Origin: a virus
Taxonomy: Duplodnaviria; Caudoviricetes
IMG/VR virus record: IMGVR_UViG_3300044477_000163
Span: 1-27,434 of that record
Reading direction: 5' to 3' (one strand)
DNA: 27,434 bases
The translations under genes were made by a program, and so were the position numbers. Shown in pieces: positions 17,209 to 25,494 of this stretch (within the stretch, counting starts at the first letter, position 1; every line of letters begins with the position of its first letter). The notes under the pieces were generated by a model. It was not told where the DNA came from, made no database searches, and worked only from the letters and a program-made list of their open reading frames with translations.

Positions 17209-17646
17209 TTATTCCCCCTGTGTTTCTTCTGGTTGTTCGGATTCTGCAGGTATTACTTGTTCTGCGTTCAGAAAGTTAAACGCGACAATGCCGCTGTTTT
17301 CTTTATCACAACGAACAAGAGTGCCAATGTAAATATCGGTTTCAGACAATGTGAATTCATCATTTGCAGTTGCATAAACTTTTCCGCCGACAGATGTTTC
17401 ATTCACGCCTTGGATTTCAAGAACGACTTTACCTACTGCGCGCACATCAACGGATTTTTGACCGTTTTCTCCACCTATATTGTCGACTTCGTCCATTGCA
17501 AATCCAACAGGCATATCGCTGCTTTCGATTGCTCGTCCAAAGCCATTGCTATTGCGACCGATCAATGCGCCCTCGGCGATCTTTACGTTTTCCGCGATGC
17601 CGATTGCATTGGTATCGTTTGGTGTTTCAAATATTTTTTGTGTCAT
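17209..17646 (-). CDS. Head decoration / capsid cement protein
   Basis: Between protease and capsid; VGFA...VDN..G..G, VGGKVYATANDEFTL...IG. Confidence 0.75.
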   Translation of the reverse strand: MTQKIFETPNDTNAIGIAENVKIAEGALIGRNSNGFGRAIESSDMPVGFAMDEVDNIGGENGQKSVDVRAVGKVVLEIQGVNETSVGGKVYATANDEFTLSETDIYIGTLVRCDKENSGIVAFNFLNAEQVIPAESEQPEETQGE

Positions 17647-17648
17647 AA

Positions 17649-18866
17649 CTATTTACCTTTGGTTTGGATTTTTACTTGACCGTTTTCTTCAGCAACTTTG
17701 AACGCAATGTAAGCATCTTTATTGCCCCCGAATTCGGAACGTATTTCTGCAGACATATTCCATTCGTGTTCAGCACGTTCGGTTGCGTTTGCAAATATTG
17801 ATTCTGTTTTTGGTTGTGTTGGCGCAACTGTCGGCATCGCCGCGTCAGCAGCTTTTAGTGATGCAATATGCGAATTGCCCTTAGCTTTTTCTGCTTGAAC
17901 AATTTGTAATGCTAAGCTTGAAGCTGTCATGGACGGATCAGCTTTCGCTGCTTTCAACAGGTCTTCGTAACCCGCCATTGCGACTTCATCCAAGGCATTC
18001 AGACGGTCGCGTTCTGTTGCCGCACCCTCGGCGCGATACTCGGCGATTTGTTCGGCCGAGATTGTTGTTTTTTCTTCTGGCATTTTCTTTCCTTTTAGTT
18101 GATTGATTGTTGCCTCGTAATTGCCCTGTTCATCCGCCATACCGCATGAGACAGCATCACGTCCGATCTTGACTCCACCTTGACCAAACTCGGCCTTGAT
18201 AAAATCTACGGGCAATTTTCTGTTTTCCGCAACAGCGGATATAAATTCCAATTCCAACGCATCCAATTCAGCACGTATTGTTCCTAATCCCTCGGGTGTG
18301 CGCGGATCTGGGCGTTTGTCTTTAGCATTACTGGATACGATTTCAATATATCGATTACCATCTGTGTCGGGCGTTTCCTGTACAGCCACGGTAGAGACCA
18401 CACCAATTGATCCAAGCATTGCGGATTTATGTGCAATGATTTTTGTGCACGCGGATGCGATCCAATATGCTGCAGAGCAACAGTTGCGTCCGACATATGC
18501 AATGATCGGTTTTGGCGATATCTTGATAAATTCTGATAATTCACTTGGGCCGACCGCAACACCGCCAGGACTGTCTATATCCAACAGAATACTTGTTACA
18601 TTTGTGTCTGAAATTGCCTCTTCCAGTGCGGTACGGATCTGCGTCAAAGCAGTGCCACCAAATATTGTTGTATATATGTCAGAACGTGCGGTAATGACAC
18701 CGTATACGGGAATTACAGCTATACCACTCACAATGTCTGTATTATGCTCTTTTGAACCAGGCATAAACTTACCTGAACGATAGTCAGCAATCCTTATGTT
18801 CAAATTTGCTAGTGCATCAGGATCAATCGCCCAATGTTTTGAAATTGAAAGTAATTCATTCGTCAT
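17649..18866 (-). CDS. Prohead protease (S49 peptidase, lambda gpC-like) with C-terminal scaffold domain
   Basis: IAVIPVYGVI, LLDIDSPGG, CSAAYWIASA, GSIGV. Confidence 0.93.
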   Translation of the reverse strand: MTNELLSISKHWAIDPDALANLNIRIADYRSGKFMPGSKEHNTDIVSGIAVIPVYGVITARSDIYTTIFGGTALTQIRTALEEAISDTNVTSILLDIDSPGGVAVGPSELSEFIKISPKPIIAYVGRNCCSAAYWIASACTKIIAHKSAMLGSIGVVSTVAVQETPDTDGNRYIEIVSSNAKDKRPDPRTPEGLGTIRAELDALELEFISAVAENRKLPVDFIKAEFGQGGVKIGRDAVSCGMADEQGNYEATINQLKGKKMPEEKTTISAEQIAEYRAEGAATERDRLNALDEVAMAGYEDLLKAAKADPSMTASSLALQIVQAEKAKGNSHIASLKAADAAMPTVAPTQPKTESIFANATERAEHEWNMSAEIRSEFGGNKDAYIAFKVAEENGQVKIQTKGK

Positions 18867-20379
18867 CGTTATCTTCCTTTGTTGTATTGGTTACGGGCAG
18901 TCGTGTTTCAGAAAGTCCGGCCTCAGTTCGCATTTTGAATTCGCGCACACGTTGCGTGTGTTTGGTTTCCCAACGTCCACCTGTAATTTGTGCGGTTTCC
19001 TCTTCCAAAGTTGATATACCAAGGCGTACGCGATAATCTGCTGCACGGATCTCTTTAAGTTGGTCAATTTGACCTCTTGGTGGGCCAATCCATTCAGCAC
19101 CGAGATATGCGGCGCGAACAAATGGGTCACTAAAAAATCCTGGTGCGTCCAGGATTCCTTTGGCGATTGCCTCCGTAATAACCATTTCGTATACAGGTTG
19201 GCAGAATCCCGTCGCTATCCACTTTCGCCGTGTGCTGAACGTTTTCCATGCCTCAACCAATGCAGCTTGTGCTGCCGAATAACTAGCAGTGAAGTGCTTT
19301 ATCAATATTTCAAATGGTATCTCGAGAGCTACGCCAATCTGACGCAAGATTGATTGCACGAATCCGTCATATCCAGCATTTGGTCTGTTCGGATTTGCAA
19401 TCTCGATTCCCTCATTCGGTTGTAGATCCAATATTGCCCCAGGAGATAATTTATAATCACCGCCTTTCGCCACTGGTTCATTCTCACCAATAGGAAGTAA
19501 GCCGCCCTCGGACTCACTTTTCACAAATATAGTGAACATACTACTTACCACCGCAGCCATAATCTCTGCTTCGGTATATTTGTCCAGTTGTTTTAATGAT
19601 TCAATCACTGGTGCAAGATATGGAACCCCACGAGTCAGTCCTGGTCGCGTGCGATTGAATATATGCAAAACTTGTCGCCGTCCATCTGCATCGAATGCGG
19701 GAATTTTGACACCATTTGCATTTGGTTCATACGATTCAAGGACATTGTACGCAACAGGCGCGCCATCCACATCAATATCTACACCAGCGGTATTGCCCCC
19801 ATCTACACGATCTGCTTCTATAATCTGCAATGACGTACCGAAAGGATTACCAGGTCGTTCTCGATATTTTCTGAGCACTAATACATCGCCAGATTCTAAA
19901 CAAGAACGCAAAATCAGTGCTTGCAATTCTGTGAATGATTGACTGCGGGTGATGTCGCAATCGGGATTGTTTGCCCATATAGTAAATATACATTCTGCCT
20001 CTGATTCCCATTTTTCCATTGCATCGTCTGTTTTTAGATACGGACGCAATGTATCTCGGTCGATATGCGACTGTGGGTGAAGACCCGTGCCAATCACATT
20101 CGTGACGAGCGTATTGACTGCGCCCGTGGCAAGCGGAGCATTACGAAGCAAATCACGGGAACGATCACGGAGCACCGGCAAATCATCCAGGGTGACATTA
20201 TCTGCCGATCCCGATACCGTATTCCATTCACGGGTTTGACGGCGGTCACGGCGTGCCCCTGTGTATCCGCCGAGCATTGCCATATGTGTCCGTGCTTGCC
20301 ACCTTTTCAATCCTGTTGACGGAGATACAAACGATATTGCCTTATCAATCAAATTCTGTTTTGGTATTGTTATTTTCAT
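18856..20379 (-). CDS. Portal protein (lambda family)
   Basis: LRDRSRDLLRN, VIGTGL, LQIIEADRV, RPGLTRGVP, SYSAAQAAL, WIGPPRGQIDQLKE. Confidence 0.96.
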   Translation of the reverse strand: MKITIPKQNLIDKAISFVSPSTGLKRWQARTHMAMLGGYTGARRDRRQTREWNTVSGSADNVTLDDLPVLRDRSRDLLRNAPLATGAVNTLVTNVIGTGLHPQSHIDRDTLRPYLKTDDAMEKWESEAECIFTIWANNPDCDITRSQSFTELQALILRSCLESGDVLVLRKYRERPGNPFGTSLQIIEADRVDGGNTAGVDIDVDGAPVAYNVLESYEPNANGVKIPAFDADGRRQVLHIFNRTRPGLTRGVPYLAPVIESLKQLDKYTEAEIMAAVVSSMFTIFVKSESEGGLLPIGENEPVAKGGDYKLSPGAILDLQPNEGIEIANPNRPNAGYDGFVQSILRQIGVALEIPFEILIKHFTASYSAAQAALVEAWKTFSTRRKWIATGFCQPVYEMVITEAIAKGILDAPGFFSDPFVRAAYLGAEWIGPPRGQIDQLKEIRAADYRVRLGISTLEEETAQITGGRWETKHTQRVREFKMRTEAGLSETRLPVTNTTKEDNDDE

Positions 20380-21415
20380 CGTATTTTATCTCGAGATTAG
20401 ACGTGAGAGTTCGCCAAGCATATGCCGCCGCCAGTGGTACAACGCCGTTCCCACAGGCGCGAATTCTGTCCATCCTATTGGCCATCCCATCAGCCATTCG
20501 CAGAACAGCGGGTTTAAGTGATGCGGGTACTTTTGACCACTCTTCACGGTCATCGGGTCTGGGTGGCCACAGGGATAGAGTGTGTTTGCCTGACTTCGCA
20601 GATTCAGACGCATGTTCGTGCCCCGAACAAATTCTTCCATGCCGCCGTTGCAATCGCTTGTCAGTGGTGTTCGCCACAGTTGGATCGCAACGTCTATCCG
20701 TTTTTTCGGATTGCCCGCCTTTATCTCTTTCGTGCTCGAGCCGACTCCGGCACTTGCCAAGATTGTCGGCCACAGTTTCGCTGTTCGTGCCAGACCGAGC
20801 GACCGAGACCAACCCGTTTTCGTGTGACGGCGAATGTTTCCCGATTCCGATCGAACATACTTGTCGTTTTCCGATAGGATATCCGTTACGGCATCCATTG
20901 CCGTTGCGGTAGGCCAGTATGAAGAGTCGCTCTCGGTTGTGGCTCGCGCCGACTTCCGCCGCTGTAAACAACCCCGCTTTAACCGTGTAGCCCATTTGTT
21001 GTAAATCTCTTGCGACTTCATAAAATCCAAGAGATAAATGTCCTCGGACGTTTTCGAAAAAGCAGACTGTTGGCTCAACGGTTCGAATAATGGCAGCAAC
21101 AATTGGCCACAGATGTCTGGGATCGTTTTCCCCGCGTCTGTGTCCTGCCGCGCTGAAAGGTTGGCACGGGTATCCGCCAACGATGCAATCCACTTTTCCA
21201 CGCCACGGTTTGCTGTCAAAGGTTCGCAGATCTGTCCAAACAGGTGCGCTATCCAAGGCGTTTTCAGCCATGCGTTCTGCCAAAATTGCGGTCGCATATA
21301 TTTCGCTTTCCACATAGCAGACCGTGCGAGCGTTTGGTACAGCGAGTCCAACCCCGAGTTCGAGTCCGCCCACGCCACTGCAGATTGACAAGATGTTAAA
21401 GGTACGTGTATCCAC
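20345..21415 (-). CDS. DNA (cytosine-5) methyltransferase, catalytic polypeptide lacking motif IX (probable start GTG 21415; track ORF starts at 21445)
   Basis: Motif I ICSGVGGLELG, IV GYPCQPFS, VI FFENV, VIII HNRERLFI, X RIRACGNGVVP. Confidence 0.9.
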   Translation of the reverse strand: MDTRTFNILSICSGVGGLELGVGLAVPNARTVCYVESEIYATAILAERMAENALDSAPVWTDLRTFDSKPWRGKVDCIVGGYPCQPFSAAGHRRGENDPRHLWPIVAAIIRTVEPTVCFFENVRGHLSLGFYEVARDLQQMGYTVKAGLFTAAEVGASHNRERLFILAYRNGNGCRNGYPIGKRQVCSIGIGKHSPSHENGLVSVARSGTNSETVADNLGKCRSRLEHERDKGGQSEKTDRRCDPTVANTTDKRLQRRHGRICSGHEHASESAKSGKHTLSLWPPRPDDREEWSKVPASLKPAVLRMADGMANRMDRIRACGNGVVPLAAAYAWRTLTSNLEIKYDENNNTKTEFD

Positions 21416-21417
21416 AT
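20386..21417 (-). CDS. Overlapping alternative-frame polypeptide: putative second MTase subunit with TRD-like repeats and motif IX
   Basis: 343 codons open within the MTase gene; ATG 9 nt after the gpW stop; repeats WPTATAMD / WPTILASA / WRTPLTSD and motif IX-like LNPLFCEWLMGWPIGWT. Confidence 0.75.
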   Translation of the reverse strand: MWIHVPLTSCQSAVAWADSNSGLDSLYQTLARSAMWKAKYMRPQFWQNAWLKTPWIAHLFGQICEPLTANRGVEKWIASLADTRANLSARQDTDAGKTIPDICGQLLLPLFEPLSQQSAFSKTSEDIYLLDFMKSQEIYNKWATRLKRGCLQRRKSARATTESDSSYWPTATAMDAVTDILSENDKYVRSESGNIRRHTKTGWSRSLGLARTAKLWPTILASAGVGSSTKEIKAGNPKKRIDVAIQLWRTPLTSDCNGGMEEFVRGTNMRLNLRSQANTLYPCGHPDPMTVKSGQKYPHHLNPLFCEWLMGWPIGWTEFAPVGTALYHWRRHMLGELSRLISR

Positions 21418-21426
21418 TGTGTTCTC

Positions 21427-21627
21427 TTAATTCGGAATGACGCAACGGACACGGACTCCACCACGTTTTTTTGTTTCAATTTGTTTGATCAGCCATTGTT
21501 CACGAGTTTGTAATGTTTCAAGATCGGCTTTGCGAACACGTTGTCCGTTATACGATGCCTCTTGAGCTCCGTCCAGAATTTCACTGATTGCTTTTTGAAC
21601 TTGTTTCAATTGTTCTTCGTAATTCAT
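21427..21627 (-). CDS. Head completion protein (lambda gpW-like)
   Basis: 66 aa, LKQVQKAISEILDGAQ..SYNGQRVRKADLETL; directly after the large terminase. Confidence 0.8.
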   Translation of the reverse strand: MNYEEQLKQVQKAISEILDGAQEASYNGQRVRKADLETLQTREQWLIKQIETKKRGGVRVRCVIPN

Positions 21628-23513
21628 TAGATCCCCCTTGAACGAACACGCCGTATTCTAGGTACGGCGGTTTGTATTGGCTGTTCAGTTTTCTGCTCGT
21701 GTGCGGGCGCTTTGGGTACTGTCTTTTTTCTTTGCACGTCCGCCAATCTATCTGCACCCAAGTCAAGATTAAGGCGATAGTTTCGTACCAGCCCTCTGAG
21801 TGCAGCATACGCATATACACGGCAGTCAAGACCTTCGGTACGGACACCCTCTTTACGAGGAGTCCATTCACGAATCAATCTACCTTTGCTGTATTTTTTA
21901 CGCACGATTTCATTTGTAATCTGTTCGAACCAATCCTGCTCACGACTCAGGGGGAAATGCCAAACACCAGAACCTGATGATTCCGTCATATGTAGACGGC
22001 GCATCAGTGTATCTTTGGCATCATTGACCCCAATGACATACACGGGCTTTTTCGTATTGAACGATTTACTGGCCGTCGCAGGCCATATCGGTTTGCCGCT
22101 ACCGCCCGTACCTTTTATCGCCCACACGCCATTCATTCGCCTTGCATAGCAATAATTGACTACGAAATCGGTGTAGTGTCCGCCACTGTCCACGCAAGTT
22201 GCTGTAATACCCATATCGGACACGTCTTTGCTGTGCGAATATTTGTGCGACAGCACCGTATCCAATTGTGCCCATAGTTCAGGGGTCGATGGATCTCCGT
22301 ACAGGATGTAGTATCCAATTGACCACGACTCCTCGCCACGCCCCCAACCGACCACTTCCAATTCAAGGCGGTTATCCTGTACATCAACACCACAGGTTAG
22401 AACCACAACGCCCGATGGCAAATCGTTTCCGAACTTCTCACGTCGCAACATTAGACCCGTAGGGTCGATTTGCTCGCCAGCCATATCTTCCCATGTTTCT
22501 GCAAGTTTTGTGTTAGTCCACACTTGCAAACGGTTTGGATCGTTTTTAGCGTCCAGGAATTCACGTACGATATCAGTCCACGATGCCCATCCGTGTGGAC
22601 TGTAAAGTGAGGATAAATGGAACGATGCCGTTTTATTCTCAGGTTTGGTTGCGCGCCATTCGCCACGAGATAAGATTTCATCTTTTTGCCAATCTTCCCA
22701 CAAGGCTTTGCACTTTTCGCATTTATGCTTAGCAACCACAAACTTTTTACTGTCAAATACTATATTCTTCCATAACAACCGTTGCATATGTCCGCATTCT
22801 GGGCACGGGACGAAGTAGTATCGCTGATCACCCTCAAGAAACGCTTGCTCGATACGAGATGCATCTTTGATTGTTGGGGTGGACACCATAAAGACTTTAC
22901 GATTACTGAATGTAGCTGTACGCTGAACGGCCAAGTCCACAGGATCACCCTCGGCGCCTGCATCATTTGGGAATCCGTCTACCTCATCAAGAAACAAGTA
23001 TCGTACCGGCATGGATCGTAATCCAACGGCAGAGTTTGCACCAGTCATATACAATACGCCACCTGGGAACTCTTTCATCAATATCGTATTGCCGGAATCT
23101 CTGGAACGATTATCGCTAATCCGTTCCGCTAATGTCGGACACGCCGCTATTGCTGGGTCAATTCGCATTTTTGAATTGCGTTTTGCCATTTCAACAGTTG
23201 GATTTACAATCATCATTGGCCCAGGCGCATGATGTACAATAAAGCCAAACCAATTATTGCCACATTCTGTGCCACCGATTTGCGCACCTTTCATAAATAC
23301 TATTTTTTCGTATTTCGATTTTGGCGAAAGACAATCCATAATCTCTTTCAAATACGGGGTGCGCGATGTTTCCCATTTGCCTGGCTCGCTACTCGACACA
23401 CTTGATAAATATCTGTGTTCATCTGCCCATTCTGTAATTGTTTTTTTAGGATCTGGTCGCCAACCACTTGCTAATCCAGTGAATACAAAACTGTCATGAT
23501 CTATTTCCACCAT
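21627..23513 (-). CDS. Terminase large subunit (lambda GpA family)
   Basis: RTPYLKEIMD, Walker A KGAQIGGTE, Walker B YLFLDEVD, STPT, CPECG zinc motif, GVDVQ, DSGG, EGLDCRVYAYAA. Confidence 0.97.
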   Translation of the reverse strand: MVEIDHDSFVFTGLASGWRPDPKKTITEWADEHRYLSSVSSSEPGKWETSRTPYLKEIMDCLSPKSKYEKIVFMKGAQIGGTECGNNWFGFIVHHAPGPMMIVNPTVEMAKRNSKMRIDPAIAACPTLAERISDNRSRDSGNTILMKEFPGGVLYMTGANSAVGLRSMPVRYLFLDEVDGFPNDAGAEGDPVDLAVQRTATFSNRKVFMVSTPTIKDASRIEQAFLEGDQRYYFVPCPECGHMQRLLWKNIVFDSKKFVVAKHKCEKCKALWEDWQKDEILSRGEWRATKPENKTASFHLSSLYSPHGWASWTDIVREFLDAKNDPNRLQVWTNTKLAETWEDMAGEQIDPTGLMLRREKFGNDLPSGVVVLTCGVDVQDNRLELEVVGWGRGEESWSIGYYILYGDPSTPELWAQLDTVLSHKYSHSKDVSDMGITATCVDSGGHYTDFVVNYCYARRMNGVWAIKGTGGSGKPIWPATASKSFNTKKPVYVIGVNDAKDTLMRRLHMTESSGSGVWHFPLSREQDWFEQITNEIVRKKYSKGRLIREWTPRKEGVRTEGLDCRVYAYAALRGLVRNYRLNLDLGADRLADVQRKKTVPKAPAHEQKTEQPIQTAVPRIRRVRSRGI

Positions 23514-23973
23514 CTAAAAAATCCGATAATCCATAAAGTTCTTTTTCTAGTGCTTTTTCCAAAATCTGTTCTATTTCTTTTGCATCGGATTTATGTACTA
23601 ATTTTGCCGCAATTTTTCGTGGAACAGATAAAACTCTATCCCTTGCAGCGCGTGCACCAATATGCATTTGTGAATGCACAGTATCGGCATCAAGTGTTTT
23701 TCCCTGGCGTTCGTTCAGATCCATTTTCTTTAACGCTACATCCAAGGCAACACTTTGTGCCCTGGCGTCTGCTAATGAGAATTTAGGACGAGTGCTTTCG
23801 GCACTTTTTTCTGGATTATATGCAGGATTTGTATTCTTTTCCCATTCTTGATCAGCTTTATCTGGATCAATTTTTCCATTCACCAGTGTGATACGTCCTG
23901 TTTCAATCGCTTTTTGAACACTGGATATTGCGCACCCACGATGCGTGGCATAATCTCTTCGTGATAACAGCAT
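23494..23973 (-). CDS. Terminase small subunit (Nu1-like)
   Basis: N-terminal HTH SRRDYATHRGCAISSVQKAIETGRI, C-terminal ARDRVLSVPRKIA; overlaps the large subunit start. Confidence 0.8.
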   Translation of the reverse strand: MLLSRRDYATHRGCAISSVQKAIETGRITLVNGKIDPDKADQEWEKNTNPAYNPEKSAESTRPKFSLADARAQSVALDVALKKMDLNERQGKTLDADTVHSQMHIGARAARDRVLSVPRKIAAKLVHKSDAKEIEQILEKALEKELYGLSDFLDGGNRS

Positions 23974-23987
23974 TTTGTTTCATCTTG

Positions 23988-25316
23988 TTATGCTCGTTCG
24001 GCTTGTATTTCGGTAAATGTTTTTCCACTTTCGTGTCTGGCAATTTGATCTGTGAATTCTTGCCAACGCCCGATTATTATATCCACGTATTTCTCATCCA
24101 GTTCAATCATCCGACAACGGCGGTTTGTTTTTTCACAGGCGATAAGTGTTGAACCACTTCCACCAAATGGATCAAGAACAATATCCATTGCCTTACTTGA
24201 ATTGTGAATTGCACGTTCAATCAGTGCGACAGGTTTCATAGTCGGGTGTAAATCATTTTTATTCGGACGGTCAAAGTTCCATACGTCCGTTTGATTCCGC
24301 CCGCCATACCAAGGCACTTCTCCAGGGGTATTTTTACGTCCAACAAAAACCTCTTCGTGTTGTTCCTTGTATGGTGGTTCTTCACCGATTGCAGAATCCC
24401 CAAACATAATCCATTCGGATTGATGTTGATATCTTGCGCGGGTAAGCGAAAACTTATTTTTAACCCATACAATGTATGTTTCAAATCGTCCGCCTGCCGC
24501 CGCAAATGCCTCGTACAAGGTATGTAATTCTGAACCGCCCATGCAGATATATGACGAACCCAATGTATGCGACAAGATGTTTTTTAATGCTGTTTCTAAA
24601 AACGCATAGAATCCTGTCCCCAATTTGTCATTCAAGATTCCACGTTTTGCCCCACCTTCTTTTTTGCGGTCGGATGCACTGCCTTGGTAATCGATATTGT
24701 ATGGCGGATCGGTAAAGGTCATTGTTGCGATTTCGCCATTCATTACACGTGTTAAATCGTCCGATGATAATGCATCCCCACATAATAATCGATGTTCCCC
24801 CAGAATCCACAAATCACCTTTCTTTGATACGGGTGTGATCGGTATATCCGGCACATCGTCAATGGTATCGGATATTTGATTTTCGCTATCAAAATCCGCA
24901 CGCAACTCTTCCAGTTCTTTATTAGAAAAACCTAACAACGACAGATCAAATTTATCATTGTGTAATTCTGCCATAATTTCGGCAAGTAATTCATCGTCCC
25001 AACCTGCATTTTCTGCAATGCGATTATCGGCAATTAACAATGCACGTTTTTCAGCATGGGTCAAATGCGACAGTTGTGCGACCGGAACTTTATCCAATCC
25101 CAGTTCTTTACTTGCCAATATGCGTCCATGACCAGCAATGATTTCAAAGTTTTCGTCAACCAAAATCGGATTGATAAAACCGAACTTTTGAATACTGTTT
25201 GCAATCTGAACGATTTGTTCTTTGCTGTGCGTTCTTGGATTTTTATCAAATGGTTTTAACTTTTCAATTTCAACATACTGGATTGATAGATTCAAATCGG
25301 TATAATTTATTTTCAT
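23988..25316 (-). CDS. ParB-N-terminal domain / amino-DNA methyltransferase (N6-A/N4-C, beta class) fusion
   Basis: ParB motifs KNPRTH, FGFINPILVD, IIAGHGR, ADNRIAE; catalytic DPPY before SAM-binding DPFGGSGST; HPTMKPV. Confidence 0.93.
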   Translation of the reverse strand: MKINYTDLNLSIQYVEIEKLKPFDKNPRTHSKEQIVQIANSIQKFGFINPILVDENFEIIAGHGRILASKELGLDKVPVAQLSHLTHAEKRALLIADNRIAENAGWDDELLAEIMAELHNDKFDLSLLGFSNKELEELRADFDSENQISDTIDDVPDIPITPVSKKGDLWILGEHRLLCGDALSSDDLTRVMNGEIATMTFTDPPYNIDYQGSASDRKKEGGAKRGILNDKLGTGFYAFLETALKNILSHTLGSSYICMGGSELHTLYEAFAAAGGRFETYIVWVKNKFSLTRARYQHQSEWIMFGDSAIGEEPPYKEQHEEVFVGRKNTPGEVPWYGGRNQTDVWNFDRPNKNDLHPTMKPVALIERAIHNSSKAMDIVLDPFGGSGSTLIACEKTNRRCRMIELDEKYVDIIIGRWQEFTDQIARHESGKTFTEIQAERA

Positions 25317-25326
25317 TGTGTTTCCT

Positions 25327-25479
25327 GTTCACCGTTTTTATTTTTGTGAATACGAATTACTTTGTTTTCTGCTTATTACAAAACTTTTAGTGTTCGCCGT
25401 TCGCCGTTTTTTTTACTCTGTCGCTAGTGATGCGCCGGGGTCGCCTTTACCCTCTTACGAAAAAGTCCCCACAGAACCT
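25327..25479 (-). other. Putative cos packaging region
   Basis: Minus strand AGGTTCT (cosQ-like, 25479-25473), GGGTAAAGGCGACCCC (25452-25437; shares GGCGACC with lambda cosN), then three AACGG(C/T)GAAC repeats; upstream of a GpA-type terminase. Confidence 0.55.
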
Positions 25480-25494
25480 ATATTTTTTTGTGGA

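Noticed and set aside
20253-20912. 219-aa plus-strand ORF as a third coding layer over the MTase
   Set aside because: No RBS, promoter or motifs; the locally higher GC and dual-frame constraint reduce antisense stops.
20345-21445. Frameshifted MTase pseudogene or sequencing error
   Set aside because: It would need two compensating shifts (A to B after motif VIII, back to A before motif X) and would not explain why both frames are open end to end with their own starts.
21581-25249. Short same-strand alternative-frame ORFs within the terminase and ParB-MTase genes
   Set aside because: All are about 100 aa or shorter, lack motifs and RBS, and are expected by chance, unlike the 343-aa MTase overlap.
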